Assembly: GCA_964016885.1 (NCBI GenBank) | Contig: OZ024745.1 | Location: 58,838,001 to 58,902,000 of the forward strand | Direction: 5' to 3' | DNA: 64,000 nucleotides | From: Eledone cirrhosa | Lineage: Eukaryota | Shown: positions 1 through 14,984 of the stretch, piece by piece | Layout of the letters: every line of letters starts with the position of its first letter | How positions within the stretch are numbered: position 1 is the stretch's first letter | Position numbers and translations under genes: made by a program | The notes under the pieces: generated by a model | Seen by the model: the letters and a program-made list of their open reading frames with translations, nothing else | Told to the model about the DNA's origin: nothing | Databases searched by the model: none

Positions 1-2
1 AC

Positions 3-81
<79 letters not shown>

Positions 82-331
82 ATAAGTAAACAAATATGTA
101 GGTGGATAAACAAATAAATAATTTACAATTATTGGGAAAACGAAATATATCGGGGATAGCTTAGAACTCTTAATCCGGCTTACAAACTTTCCAACACGCA
201 ACTTCCATATTTTAAAATCCCCATAGAAACAATTCCCCCCCTCCTTCTCATTTATTTTTTCACTTTCTCAAACTCAACATCATCATCACTATTTTCATGG
301 ATAACATCTATCCAACCGTAATCTAATATAT

Positions 332-376
<45 letters not shown>

Positions 377-1432
377 TACACACTCACACACTCACTCACT
401 CACACTCCAAAGAGCACATGCGCATAGTCATACACAACCACAAATATATATATATCCGCCATACACCCTGATATACATACATATACACGCGTGCGCCCAC
501 ACAGTCACACACGCATATACATACTAATTATTCTAAATATAGATTTGGGGGAAATATTACCAAACCCATTACTATATCCCGACGTTTCTCTGTTTTGTTT
601 TACCTGAGTTTGATTGAAAACACAACTGTCAAAAGAATCAAACACTTTCTGAAACTACTCCATATACCTGAGTTATTTCTAACAATTATGGGTTTTAAAA
701 TGTATTAGTTTGCTTATTTAATTTTGTACTTACACATATTAGTATAGGAGAGAAAGAAACAGCAAGGAATAGAAACGAAAGCTCCTCTCCTTCGCATTTG
801 ATCAATACTATCCATGGGTTCTGTACTCATGACTAACTGACCATATGTTTACCTCAACGAGACATAAGCCATGATACAATCTTTTGTACGGAAGACCAAC
901 AGTAGCCCACACATTCATATCTCCCTATTGCCCTTCCGATGTTTTCCAAGGGAAGGGCAAATGCCGATACAGCTTGGCACCAGTGTCAACGCAAATCACT
1001 TTCCCAGCTAAGTGACCTGGAAGAACATAAAATAAAGTGGCACTCTCCAGGACACAATGGGAATCGAACTTACAGACTTACACTCGTGAGAACAGCTCCC
1101 TATCCACTAAGCCACGCGACATGATTAAGTAACTGGTAAAAAAAAACTACATAACACGCTACAGTTATGTAGTGCTTTACTTTTTATTGATTTTTATTAT
1201 TATTTCTTTCAATCATTCAATATTTAGATCTCGAAGGATTTTCATGAAAATAAAGTTTAAATTATAAGACAACAAAATTTCTTGAAGATTTCCTGTTATT
1301 TTTGGTATTTTTTAAAGAGTTTATTGTAATTCATTTTTGTATTTTTGTTGGCTGTTCTAATTTTGTATAAGTAAAATTTTCTATTTATCTATCAATTCAT
1401 CTACCGGCGCTATCTCTCCCTCATCCTCTGTT

Positions 1433-1499
<67 letters not shown>

Positions 1500-1985
1500 A
1501 GAGGGAGAGAGAATGAGAGAGAGAGAGTTAGAGAGAGAGACACACAGAGAGAAAGACAGAGAGAAAGAGAGAGACTAAGAAGTGCGCTAGCAGCAGAAGT
1601 GTATAATAAAGTTATATAGTGTGTAACCGAAACTGCACCAGTGTGTATAAATATGCACACATCTAATATGTAGGCATATAAACATGCCAAAAATATACGA
1701 ATTTCGCTATAAATTGAAAAAATGGTAAACATCTTTAATCGATTTTCGGGTCTAATTGAACCCTCATCAAAAGACGTATATATCATCAAATCAGCCACAA
1801 GGACATGGAGTTGATGGGTATATATATCCATTCACACTTGGTATTTTTCTAAAAATGGACGTACTAATTTACGCTGGTGTTGGTAACTAATTTAAATAGT
1901 AAGAAGTACTCGAGCAGTAGAAGTGTGTATGAAAAAGTTGTACAAGTGTGTGTTTAACTACAGTTACGGGCGGTGCGCCGTATGA

Positions 1986-2190
1986 AGCACTCAATACTCT
2001 CGTGTGGGTATTCCAGAGTTAAGGCATCTATAGTTCGGAGAGTGTAAATTGATTAAGTAGGATCGATGTAAGAGTTGCAGCATATGTGCAACATTTATTG
2101 GCATATTACAATTGTTTCGATATCGAAACAACTAATATGCCAATAAAGTTTATACATATGTTGCAACACTGACATCGATGCTGCTTAATC
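1986..2190. mobile_element. Fold-back element with hammerhead 3' half (GAAA-CAATTG-TA)
   Basis: Imperfect palindrome about 2051-2190 centred on tttcgatatcgaaa. Minus strand reads cgaaacaattgtaatatgccaataaa; GAGTGC on minus strand at 1987-1992. Confidence 0.55.
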
Positions 2191-2213
2191 CATATATGTA
2201 TGGAATAAGTATG

Positions 2214-2254
<41 letters not shown>

Positions 2255-2499
2255 TTAAAAAATAATGAATAAAACAATGAAACAGTTCCTTATATTAAAC
2301 AAAAAAAGTTCATTATTTAACGATCGTTTCTAGGACATATATGTGTTAGAATTGGCATGCATATTCAAAAGATCTATGTACAAAATTATACAAACTATCA
2401 AAGAGAATATACATACCATCACATATATATGCTGTCTTCGGATTACATTGAGTTCTTCATACGGATTGGACACTACCGTAAACTTTTGGTAGATTTATC

Positions 2500-2544
<45 letters not shown>

Positions 2545-2547
<3 letters not shown>

Positions 2548-2779
2548 TTTATCCCGGGTTCAATCGGGGGTAACCACAGTAAGTAAGGTACTCAATACAA
2601 AGCAGACTATAAATATTTAATATAGAAAGGCTTCTACAGGACTAGAACTGTTTCATTCGGGAGAAATCATCAAAAAAAATAAAAATACCACCATATTACT
2701 TGGACAGCCGGCTTCCTGATGATTTCTCCCGAATGAAACAGTTCTAGCCCTGTAGTAGAAGCCTTTCTATATTAAATAT
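2545..2779. mobile_element. Head-to-head fold-back PLE-like remnant, family B, in (TA)n
   Basis: Minus arm with tail 2545-2672 and plus arm 2710-2779 are inverted copies; (TA)n on both sides. Homologues at 3062-3116, 24879-25057 and 41390-41581. Confidence 0.75.
2710..2763 (+). ncRNA. Type I hammerhead ribozyme, family B (PLE-like)
   Basis: ggcttc-CTGATGA-t ttc tccc gaa t-GAAA-cag ttctagcc ctg-TA-(gta)gaagcc. Stem I is ggcttc/gaagcc; a 3-nt duplication follows the cleavage triplet. Confidence 0.8.
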
Positions 2780-2788
2780 ATATATATA

Positions 2789-2821
<33 letters not shown>

Positions 2822-3113
2822 GTGAAGGCGTGTGGCTGAGTGGTTAGAGAATTGTATTCGCAATCGTAAGGTTGTGAGTTCGATTCCTGGACCAGGCGAT
2901 GCGTTATGTCCTTGAGCAAGACACTTTATTTCACGTTGCTCCTTCTACCTGGAGTTGCGACCGATAGATAGTATTAGCAATTGGAAAGACCAACGGAAAC
3001 ATTGTTCCCTCGGTCCGATTTGACAAAAAAGTCGATCGTTCCTAAGATATATATATATATATATTTAATATAGAAAGGCTTCTACTACAGGACTAGAACT
3101 GTTTCATTCGGGA

Positions 3114-3149
<36 letters not shown>

Positions 3150-3151
<2 letters not shown>

Positions 3152-3369
3152 CGAAGGAAATGTGGTAAGGAACCAGGTGGACCATAACGCACCAAAGTAC
3201 TCAATACTTGAGGTAGTAGAGTGGGTAATAGGAACCAGTAAGACCCCGACAGCTGAGCTCAAGCCGTTTCGACGGCTAATTCTGGACTCTAATTCACGAC
3301 GGCTAGTTCAGTCCAGAATTAGCCGTCGAAACGGCTTGAGCTCAGCTGTCGGGGTCTTACTGGTTCCTA
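3150..3369. mobile_element. Head-to-head fold-back PLE-like remnant, family A (hammerhead 3' part)
   Basis: Arms about 3229-3288 and 3310-3369. Reads stem II gacggcta..tagccgtc, GAAA, cggct-tgagctc-agc(c/t)g, TC, ggggtc; the CTGANGA core is lost at the junction. Homologues at 4516-4632, 10165-10380, 35243-35353, 42958-43149, 48474-48533 and 48654-48719. Confidence 0.7.
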
Positions 3370-3387
3370 TATATATATATATATATA

Positions 3388-3849
3388 AACGGAAAAAATG
3401 AAACGAAATTTCATTTCTCACTCTTAGTACAGCTGTTACTTAAATAAAGTATGTATACGTACATACATATATGTATACAGACGTACAGTAGTATGTATAC
3501 ATACATGCACACATATATATATATGTACGTATGGATTCACCGAACATTTATTATAATGCTCAGTGTGTTTGTAAACAAACATCCCGAATTAAGCCGTACA
3601 GTGTCTAGCAACCATCGTTGCTCGTTTGTTCAACCCCGACAAAGGAACGCTGTACTAGTTTCAAGCTTAATAGCTATCGTCAGCAACGTATACCTTCCTG
3701 CCAGATGGTTGAACGTCTGAACGATGCATTATAATAAATGTTCGGTGAATCCATACGTACATATATATATGTGTGCATGTATGTATATATATATATATAC
3801 ATACTACTGTACGTCTGTATACATATATGTATGTACGTATACATACTTA
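3388..3849. mobile_element. Family K fold-back element containing the hammerhead
   Basis: Inverted arms about 3447-3560 and 3726-3849 around the ribozyme; homologue at 63186-63690; (TA)n flanks. Confidence 0.7.
3647..3689 (-). ncRNA. Type I hammerhead ribozyme, family K
   Basis: Reverse complement: acgttg-CTGACGA-t agct atta agct t-GAAA-ctag-TA-cagcgt. 6-bp stem I and palindromic CTAG in stem III. Confidence 0.85.
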
Positions 3850-3883
3850 TATATACATATTTACATATATATATATATATGTG

Positions 3884-3958
<75 letters not shown>

Positions 3959-4300
3959 ATATATGTATATATATGTATATATATATATGTATACATATAT
4001 GTATGTATATGTATGTACAATGATATAATAGTAAAGTACATTTTATTTTCGTTGTGTGTTCGATCGAACAAATCATACTTTTTCAACGTGTTGCTGTCTT
4101 TACCTAGATTTGTATTTAAGTATTTGTTAACGTCTTTGTGTATAATAAATCTGTGCATACATGTATATTTATGAAACAGTATATAATATTTGTATGTGGA
4201 GTTGTGGAGCAGTAACTGTATATCTAAGTATTTATAAATGAAGAAATGTATATATGCACAATCATAACAGTGTGTACTATACATATATATTTAGTCTTCA

Positions 4301-4484
4301 CGGTGGATTGGCAGTATCGGTAGAAGATGGGACGTCATGCTTTGAAGCATAGAGTTACGTCCCTTTATGATCTGAGTTCAAATCCCGCCGAGGTTAACTT
4401 TGCCTTTCATCCTTACGGGGTCGATAAAATAAAGTACCAGTAACGTACTGGGTAATTGCTGGCCTTGTGCCAAAATAAAAACAA

Positions 4485-4486
<2 letters not shown>
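4301..4486 (+). mobile_element. tRNA-derived SINE with Meta-domain-like core (representative copy)
   Basis: A box tggcagtatcgg, B box gagttcaaatcc, core gcctttcatccttacggggtcgataaaataaagtacc. Further copies or fragments near 7077, 7487, 7706, 9099, 13964, 21608, 26625(-), 32990(-), 33507(-), 41750(-), 45248(-), 47653, 52055, 52420, 52715(-), 56803 and 60806. Confidence 0.9.
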
Positions 4487-4518
<32 letters not shown>

Positions 4519-4630
4519 AAAAGGTATGGCCCTGGGGTCATACCTTTTTCCTATTTCCCACTCTACTACCCTAAGTATTGAGTACTCTGGTGCGTTATGG
4601 TCCATCTGGTTCCTTACCACAATTCCTTTG

Positions 4631-4755
<125 letters not shown>

Positions 4756-4759
4756 TGTG

Positions 4760-4817
<58 letters not shown>

Positions 4818-5485
4818 GTATGGTTGTTAGGATGCGTCCATAGGCGGTATGCCGGTTGAGCACTCTATGCTCTACCGACCAATCAAAATTGTTTTGACCA
4901 CAAGAATTTTTGCTGGAGCCACTTTTTTAACATAAAAACAGTCTTGGCGCAAAATCAATTTTTTACATTCACATGACCTCTACCGACCAATCAGAATTGT
5001 TTTGACCACAAGAATTTTTGCAAATTGGAGCCACTTTTTTAACATAAAAACAGGCAGAATTCCCAAAACTAATCAGATCAGAGCAAACAGCACGGACACT
5101 CTATCTCAAAATTATTTTTGAAAAGCATTTAGAAATGCGCAACCGGTAAAAATTTAAAAACTTAAAACCACAACTGAATACTAACCCATACAATCACTAA
5201 TACTCTTTTATTCCTAATTAAACCATTTTTCAACTGTGAACAATTTGTCAGCATTTTCTATTCCGTTTACCAATATATATATATATATATATATAAAATA
5301 AAGTTAAATAAAAGTCAAATGATTAAAATTTAGCTTCGTTTATTACTGCTATATATATTTCACATATCATATGACTCCAGTTCCTCACTGAATTAACAAC
5401 CAAACAAGGAACTGGGCATATCAGAGTATTGACAATATTATACATCTAAACAACATATGTACTTGTCTATACCATACTAATTCAA

Positions 5486-5540
5486 ACTGCCTGAAGAGGT
5501 CACAGCCAAAGATGGCTGCCACTGAAATATATATAGCAGT
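5486..5540 (+). ncRNA. Type I hammerhead ribozyme, family C
   Basis: actgc-CTGAAGA-ggtca cagcca aaga tggctg ccact-GAAA-tatata-TA-gcagt, followed by AATAAA. An inverted partial copy lies at 5294-5362. Confidence 0.85.
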
Positions 5541-5686
5541 AATAAACGAAGATAAATTTTAATCATTTGACTTTTATTTAACTTTATTTTACACTACTCC
5601 GGAGTAACCAAACCAACCTGCGCACTTCGTCGAGTGCTCCAGCCTGCATACTGAGGTGTTGGTATACAACCAACATAAACTCAAAA

Positions 5687-5725
<39 letters not shown>

Positions 5726-5757
5726 GGTAGAAAGAGAATTTGCTTCGAAATCACTAG

Positions 5758-5850
5758 ACGTATCTGAGGAACTTGCGAATCCAGAGTCAGGTTCGATCCA
5801 CAAACAGATCGCACCTCGAACTGTTCGCCAGAGAAACAATTCTAATACGT
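5758..5850 (+). ncRNA. Type I hammerhead ribozyme with extended stem II, family D
   Basis: acgtat-CTGAGGA-[about 60-nt stem II: gcgaa..ttcgc, aggt/acct, cgatc/gatcg]-GAAA-caattc-TA-atacgt. The tail runs to 5973, and an inverted tail copy lies at 4815-4872. Confidence 0.7.
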
Positions 5851-5970
5851 AATGAATTGAGTTCCTATGCATCACTGATTCTTCGTTTTCCATATTATCA
5901 TATTCTGCTCCCAAGGAGCATAGAGTGCTCAACCGGCATACCGCCTATGGACGCATCCTAACAACCATAC

Positions 5971-6063
<93 letters not shown>

Positions 6064-6066
6064 ACG

Positions 6067-6098
<32 letters not shown>

Positions 6099-6887
6099 TA
6101 TATACGTATATATATATATATATTTCTTTAAGTCGTTTGGAAGCCTCGACAATGCAAATGGGTAAATCTCCGGGTAACAAGGTCCGGTGGTGGAGAGAGA
6201 GATGTAAGTGGGTGTACGTTGAGATGCGTGACGTGTATAAGACATGTAGAGGAATGAAGGAAAGAGTATAAAGGATAAAATTAAAATAACAACACGAGAG
6301 AGAGTTACCTTGGGAGAGATTTAATTGTCCCTATATATTTCGGATTCACATCCATCAACTGGGGGTTTTTCCGGGGTGGGGGAAAGGTTGTCTGTCGGAA
6401 AGGTGCGAAACGCATCCTCCGCTGTTCGTTGTTTATATATATATATATATATATATAACGAAGGAAATATATATATATATATAAGTGAGTATTAATGTTT
6501 ACGTACATCTATAAAAGTATAATGTAAGTTTGTGTATTTATTGTAACAATGTGTATATACAAGACGTTTGCTCTGAATGAATTGATTTTTTTTTAAATCC
6601 TTTCTTTTAAGACTGCTGGAAACTTCCTATGTGTTCTGTAGTTTCCTGTATTTTCCGTAGTTTCCTCTGATTTCCAGTTTTATCAGCATAATCGTTATCT
6701 AACCTACGTTATCTGTATAACTATTGTTTACTGCCTCCAACTCAATTTGTTTCCTCGCAACTTTCGTAATAATACATATTTTGCAGATATATTTAATATA
6801 ACAAATAGTGTCATTTCATTCACGCAAATTACCTGAAATTTCCGTATTTGTATCTTTCTGTCAACACACCTATTTTTCTATAATTTG

Positions 6888-6981
<94 letters not shown>

Positions 6982-9849
6982 TTCTGTAGCCTCTCCCCCC
7001 ACTCTTCATATAAATATCTATCATGAAAGTAAATACTCAAGGTCAATAAAGTGTTATGCCAATATTATTTAGAACTCAATAAAGTACCAGTAATGTACTG
7101 GGTAATTGCTGGCCTTGTGCCAAAGGTAGAAACAATTATTTAGAACTCAATATAAACCCACAATCAGCAAAATAAGACGAATCTTCTAATCCGCGATATA
7201 ATCCGTAAAATTTGCTAAGAATCAGTTCTCATGTATGTAGATACCACAAGCTGTACAAATAATAATGTAATAATGTAATAAATAGCAAAAATTAAATTAA
7301 AAATTCTTTCATAACACATATTTCTAAAAAACAAACGAGAGAAAAGAAAATTATGAAAACCTTCAAAATCCATTAAAAATAAAATATTTTTATATATTCG
7401 TTTTATCACTTAATTATTGGTTTGGGTTATTTTTTGTATCATCGGAGAAAACTATAAATGATACTCGTTATTAGAAGTGGTTCTATGGTGGTGAATTAGC
7501 AGTATCAGTAGAGCGCCGGACATCATGCCTAGCAGCATAGAGTTACGGCCCTTTACGGTATGAGTTCAAATCCGCCGAGGTTAGCTTTGCCTTTCATCCT
7601 TACGGGGTCGATAAAATAAAGCATCAGTAATGCACTGGGGTGGATTTAATCGACTTTTGCCTCCCCAAAAATCTCTAGCCTTGTGCCTAAAATCAGAAAC
7701 CATTAATCGGTAGAGGTAGAATACAATGCTTTTCAGCATAGAGTTACGGCCCTTTAAAGTCTGTGTTCAAATCCCACCATGGTTAACTTTGCCTTTCATC
7801 CTTACGGGGTCGATAAAATAAAGCACCAGTAATGTACTGAGATAATTGCTGGCCTTGTGCCAAAAGTAGAAACCATTATTAGAAGTGATTCTGCTATAAT
7901 GACATCGTTATAACAATCACATGATACGTCATAAACAACACACTTTTATTAATATATGATTAACAGAAACGGTTTATATTAAATGGCGACAACGTTTAAT
8001 AATAACATGAGAAAAAGTGAATAAAAAATGAAAAAGAGAAAAGCAAAAGTTATGAATGAATCTTCTCTACAAACTTTAAAAATATATAAATTCTAATTTA
8101 ATTTTTGTTTTCAATCATTACTCTTAGACATGTGATATTCGAATGTGCTGATTGAATATTACAGACTCGTTAAGAATTTACAGGAACGTCAGCAATAATT
8201 GGAATAGGTTATTATTAACAAATTATTGATATGAATTAGAGTATGTAGGAGAAGTTAAGATAATTCTGAACTAAAACTAGAGAGATTTTATTTGAGGCAT
8301 ACTTTTCACGTATTGGGGGTTCTTGGGAGAGGTTGGTCTATCAAAATCTACTTCCTGAAATTTAAATAATAGAAAGAACCCTAAACTTGTACATTTGAAG
8401 AATGGAAGGCTAAGGTTAGATATCAATAAAGATAAATCCTGTAATATATTCGTCATGTAGTCGTTAATAACATTTCTAAAATCATATTTTAGAAATCATG
8501 TTCTTTTGTCAAATTTCATACATGAATAATAAAGATTATTCTACTGCATGTAGGTTGGTGATGCTATAAATACATATAAGAGAAGGAAATACGATTCTTC
8601 CTCAGAAAAGGTTACTGAAACTAGGTTTTATATTGAGTGCTTCAAATAAAAAATACTGCAAAGAGAATGTGTGGGAATATCAATTAAAAGTTTAAGGAGA
8701 TAACCAAACTGATATACCAATTTAAATGGAAATACGAGAATAGTAAATTCCGTCATCGAAAACGGTATATTGATCATGCCTCATTTTCCGATCGTCTAAC
8801 AATGTACGTGACGTAATACAATATATACAAGATATAAGACAAACGAAAATACACTTGTAAAACATTTGTAGTGAATGTTTTTTTTTATGCTTATAGAAGG
8901 AGTCAGCATGAAGAAATATGGAAATGGGTATGAAATGCTTATTTGGTACCAAAATAAGATTACTAAGCGAAAGTAAGTTAAGTGAAGTGGTAAGAGTGGT
9001 ATGGTCAAATACATTTCGAATTAAATATGAGACAATTAAGTCGAAAACTTTATTACTATTACGCAGTGAGTGTGTGCGTGAACATTAGCCCTATTTAGGG
9101 CGGTGGATTTGGCAGTATCGGTCGGACGCTATGCTTTGCAGTATAGAGTTACGGCCCTTTACGGTGTAAGTTTAAATCTCGCCGAGGGTAACTTTGCTTT
9201 TCATCCTTACGGGGTCGATAAAACAAAGCACCAGTAAATAAGTGGGGTAATTGCTGGCCTTATGCCAAAAGTAGAAACAATTATTAAACTCTATCATCTG
9301 AAGACTGCCACCCTACTACTGAAATAACACTTCACATCGACATTGTACAGATCTGACAGTAAAATTAAGATTTGTTCTTGTTATTCTTAGCTATACATAA
9401 AATCAGTCTTGTTCCAGAATACACCTCAACATCCGCCCAATTAAAGGTATTTCAGTGAAGATCATACCATTCTCAGACATAGCATATCCACGTTATCGAT
9501 TATGTCATTCCATTTAGTTAAGCAGCGAGTGAGACTCTAGAGGAATCTGAATGTCATTTCAGTATGGTCAGATGACCAGGCATATACCTTACCGTTGGCT
9601 CGTAAATCAAGCATAATATACAGGGTGTCATAAAAAAAAAATGTATACACACTTTGATTACCTGTACAGGCAATATTTATTAGAATGATGTTGAAGTGTG
9701 TGTGTATGTGTGTCAGTGTGTGTGTGTGTATGTGTGAGTGAGTGTGTATGTGTGTGTGTGTGTATGAGCGTGTGTGAGCGGGATATTTGTAAATAAGTTG
9801 GCATATATTTCAATGTTTACTACCTATTATACACACACACACACATATA

Positions 9850-9893
<44 letters not shown>

Positions 9894-10087
9894 CATATAT
9901 ATATAACGATAATTTTTTGTTTATTTGTTTTTATTATTATCGACCCGTTTCGCACATTTCACAGACGATTGGCTCAAGGTCAACTATGGAAGCTATGGAC
10001 CTCGCTTCAGTATTCATCTACTCATCACACTTGGTGATTCAATATAAAATATATATTCTATCTATGCATTGAGTGCTCTCACCTGTC

Positions 10088-10168
<81 letters not shown>

Positions 10169-10277
10169 AAAAAGTATGACCCCCGACGGCAGAGCTCAAG
10201 CCGTTTCGACGGGTATTTCTAGTCCAGAAATAGTTGCCGAAACGGCTTGAGCTCTGCCGTCGGGGTCATACTTTTAC

Positions 10278-10309
<32 letters not shown>

Positions 10310-10615
10310 TCTACTACCCTAAGTATTGAGTACTCTGGTGCTTTATGGTCCATCAGGTTCCTTACCACATTTCCTTTGTTATATATATATATTATTCATT
10401 TAAATTATTGATTTATTGATATTTTATTTGAGTGACCCGAATCCTCCTGGTCGTTCTTTTTCGGCTGCGCGGGTGATTTTAGGCATAATCTTTATGTGTT
10501 GGTAATTTAACGATAGTTATAGCTCTGATTTATCCAAATTATTGAGCCCTCTGCCACTCATATCGGATTTGTTTATCGTTAATTCGTGAGCTGATTTTCC
10601 GATACTCGATTATTC

Positions 10616-10672
<57 letters not shown>

Positions 10673-10771
10673 TTTATCCCGGGTTCAAGCCTTTTCTATA
10701 TTGCATATATATATATATATATATATAAATGTAACTATGCAAGTATGTACACGTACACACATATATGTATG

Positions 10772-10847
<76 letters not shown>

Positions 10848-11105
10848 AAAGTATATATACATATTAAAGAAAAGTTTGCCGCTTTTGATGGTGTGCCGTG
10901 TTTACAAACGAATCAAACATTATTCTTAATGTTCGATATAACCCATACGTACATATGTATTTGTATCGTACATATGTATATGTATATATGTATATGTATA
11001 TATGTGTGTGTGTATGTATATATATATATATATGTGTGTGTGTGTACGCCTGCATACTTACATTTATGTATCAGCTGTGCTAGGACGAGAAATAAAATTC
11101 TAATT

Positions 11106-11197
<92 letters not shown>

Positions 11198-11469
11198 GTA
11201 TATATATATATATATATATAAAGAGAGAGAGGGGGAGAGATGCGTGATACATGAAAGAGTATTATCCACTAAGAGAGTTAGAATTATCATCTAGTGAGCT
11301 ATTGTTTAATGGTTCTCGGCCAAATTTTGACATGTCAAGTTTCTCTTTAGATATTTATAATTATTCACAAGCATTAAATGTGCTTACATACAATGACGTG
11401 TGCATGCAAACGTAAATATAGTAACACGAACATTAAGATATATAAGTATACACACGTACATACATGCAT

Positions 11470-11567
<98 letters not shown>

Positions 11568-11626
11568 CAAGGCTCTGAAACCATCAACACCAAAAACACA
11601 GAGCTGGCATATCTAAGAACTGACTA

Positions 11627-11682
11627 ACTGCCTGATGAGGTCATAGCCATTCAATGGCTATCATCGAAATATATATAGCAGT
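11627..11682 (+). ncRNA. Type I hammerhead ribozyme, family C
   Basis: actgc-CTGATGA-ggtc atagccat tca atggctat catc-GAAA-tatata-TA-gcagt, then AATAAA; lies between two (TA)n tracts. Confidence 0.88.
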
Positions 11683-11720
11683 AAATAAAGGATTATGAGT
11701 TCATGCAATTGACTTGTTTC

Positions 11721-11787
<67 letters not shown>

Positions 11788-11790
<3 letters not shown>

Positions 11791-11969
11791 ATAATAATAA
11801 ATTTGAAGACTAAAATCCAAAGAGGGCTCGATAAGCATAAATATAAATCAAATATATAAGAACCCTAGAGCAAATATTTATTAAAATAACAGATTAAAGT
11901 TTAAGCAAAGAATCGGTGCGTTCACAGATTGATTTTTTTTTAGTTTCAGAAGATCCCTTTAGTCTGTTA

Positions 11970-11976
<7 letters not shown>
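11788..11976. mobile_element. Short (TA)n-inserted fold-back element, family F
   Basis: Near-identical to 19851-19986, which ends in a perfect hairpin with about 25-bp arms; both have (TA)n flanks. Confidence 0.6.
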
Positions 11977-12048
<72 letters not shown>

Positions 12049-12394
12049 TCAATAATAATTATGGATGTCGGATGTTAATTAACTTTAAAACGAAGTTTAA
12101 GTTTTACCCTAGCCGTTGATTTGCAGCTTTTAAATCCAACTATTATATAAATATCTCTGCTCAGCTAAATACAATGCCGATTCATGAGAATTGCCATTGT
12201 ATACAGACATATGCCTATTAAGATCATCAATAGGAAGGCAACGTTTGTTATATGATTGGCAGCCATATGCCAAAGAACTATCATTAGCTTTCTTTGGTTC
12301 ATGTTATCTTGTGTGTTTAACAAGACTAGCCATTAAGAAATACAAACTCAGTCACATGTCGGAACTGGTGACAAGTCTCCTTTAAATCAAAATA

Positions 12395-12639
12395 CAGGGT
12401 GACCACAAAAACACTGCTTGATTTCAAATACTTATAATAATATGAAAACTTAAATGAATATTCTTACAATATTGGCGACTATAGTTACATAAACTAACAA
12501 AGATTCATGTGGTATTGGTTGATGTCACAGACACTCGATATGTGCCCCTTTAGTCGCTCGGCAAACATCAATGCGATGATCATTTAAGTTTTGATATTAT
12601 AAGTACTTGAAATCAAGGAGTGTTTTTGCGGTCATTCTG
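12395..12639. mobile_element. Tc1/mariner-type MITE
   Basis: TA|cagggtgaccacaaaaacactgcttgatttcaa ... ttgaaatcaaggagtgtttttgcggtcattctg|TA; imperfect TIRs of about 60 bp. Confidence 0.8.
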
Positions 12640-13693
12640 TATAATGTCTTAAAAATTGTAAAGTACCATTCCATAATGTAGTCTTAGATACATAAATTCA
12701 CAAAGTTGGCTTAAAAACCATTCATGATTATATAAATGTGAAAAATAAAGATAAAAGCAAAATTAAGTAATGAGAAAAGGGGGATGGGGTAAAGAAGGGC
12801 AGACCTGGCTGTATGGGAAAGTAGAGGAAAGGACTATAAAGCAAAGACTTTTGGGCCACAGAAGAAAAGGATGAGGAAGGGGAGAAGGTGATAGACTCTG
12901 GGCCAAGGGCGCAGCGGTTTTGGAACTCAGAATCCTTATTGGCAATATCAGGCAAAATGAAAATGAGACAGGTAGTAAAGCAACTCACATACTGGCTACG
13001 TGACTACGACTGACACATCCAGCGAGATTGTATAAAATCACGCATGCGCGTAAATTTATGCGACTCCACTCTATACATGTTTGTCTCCCTGGCGTTATTA
13101 CTTTCCACAAGCAGCAGAAACAAATAAAGTGTGATAGCTCTCGCATATGTGTGTGTGTGTATGTGTGTGTGTATGTGTGTTTGTGTGTGTGTGTGTTTAT
13201 GTATGAATGTGTTTGTGTTTACTGGTGTAAAAACATCTTCGATGCCACTAAACTAATGTAACTATACAATTATTACGCATCACTGTGATAAATACCTCTA
13301 TGGTATAAGTATCATCGACAAAAATCATTTTAAAGATGGCACCCCAGCATGGTCGCGGTCAATGACTGAAGCAGTAAAAGAATATAATAATACTTGTACA
13401 TAATATAACAGATTTTAACAAACATAAAGGAAACAACACTACATAATCGTAGTGTCTGTAATAACAGTCGACCTCTCCCTTCCCCTCGCCAAGTAAACTA
13501 CTGTCTTCTCTTGACATTTAAGTGGACTGAAGATGCGTGGGATTAAGTGTACTGCGCAAATACATAACGGAATATTTTCTATTGATATTAACTGAAAACA
13601 TATCGGACATGCTATAACAAGACACTCTCCAGTCGTTTGATATGCTAGAAATAATAGTTATGTTTTCCTCAAAACATGTTCTATAGTCTCTAG

Positions 13694-14429
13694 CAGCATT
13701 TCTCAACCTTTTAACTCATGTAGAACACTTGAAATAGTTTTCGTGTCTCAGGAACCCATGCATGAAAATTATTATATACCATTATCAATATATTTTATAT
13801 GTTTATCGTAGTTCACGTGGTTAACATAATATACAGGTAAAATTCCGTTATAACGAATACCATTATAACGAATTTTTCTCAACCTTTTTACCCATGTAAA
13901 ACACTTGAAATAGTTTTTGTCTCAGGAACCCCTGCATGAATATTATTATATACTATTATTAATTTTGCCTTTCATCCTTACGGGGGTCGATAAAATAAAG
14001 TACCAGTAATGTACTGGTGTAATTGCTGGCCTTGTGCCAAAAGTAGAAAAAATTAATAATATCTATCTCTTTTATATGTTTATCGTAGTTAACGTGGTAA
14101 ACATGACATACAGATAAAATTCCGTTATAACGAATACCATTATAACGAATTTTTCAGTATAACGAAATTTCTTTTCAATCCCTGGCCACACGCTCCATGT
14201 GTTAGATCGATCTCGTTATAAAGAATTTTTCGTTACAACGAATTATTTTAGATTCCGTGAATTTCATTATAACGGAATTTCACTGCATGTATATATATCT
14301 TTTTGGGGGGTGGAGGGATGACTAGCTTATTTATCATAGATTAGTTATTTATCACTGTTTCTCACGAAAGCCTTAGCGACCTCTTACGGAACCCTAAGGT
14401 TCCGGGGAACACCGGTTTGAAAAACGCTG
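13694..14429. mobile_element. hAT (Charlie-like) MITE with nested Tigger/pogo-like MITE and SINE fragment
   Basis: Ends cagcatttctcaacc / ggtttgaaaaacgctg with flanks gtctctag / gactatag (6 of 8 match). Inner element cagataaaattccgttataacgaa..ttataacggaatttcactg at about 14111-14285. Confidence 0.7.
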
Positions 14430-14984
14430 GACTATAGTCTCGAAACAATGAAGGGGGCTGTTGGATAATGTAGTTTCTTATATACTATGCATGACAAAAA
14501 GAATATGGAATGGTCATGGTTGGAACGTCTTCTGGTTAATATGGGCTGAACCGGTGCTAAACAATACAAAGAACAAAGCAAAAAATGTGTGTACTGTATG
14601 AATCTATGTATGTATACATCCATACATACGTAAATACATACACACACATATATACACACACATACATACAAACATACACACACATACATATATGTGTGTG
14701 TGTGTATGTGTGTGTGTGTGTGTTACAGAAGTACCCGTCAAGAAGAAATGAGTGTAATCAAAATGCGTGTGAAAGTTAGAGATAGAGAGAGTAAGATTGG
14801 CCGATATAAGCATAGGTAGAGCTTAGCTGATAAAAGCAGGAGATATTAAGTAATGTACAGAGAGAAGAGGAGAAAGTCTAGGTATCAATGTATGTGTGTA
14901 TGGTACTTAATAAGGTGGACTGCTTCTCTGTTAGATTCCATTCGTATTCTATTTATCTAAGTATCGCTATTGCTTTTTAGCCTT

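Noticed and set aside
2823-2895. tRNA gene
   Set aside because: The tRNA-like head continues into a SINE core and recurs in diverged copies.
4815-5973. 58-bp inverted repeats read as TIRs of a 1.1-kb DNA transposon
   Set aside because: The repeat is the 3' tail of hammerhead family D, and the interior is a stack of unrelated inserts.
9298-9345. CTGAAGA..GAAA, plus CTGANGA hits near 24695, 47373, 48982, 50565, 57297, 60713 and 61949
   Set aside because: Each lacks stem I or II pairing or a correctly placed GAAA/UH.
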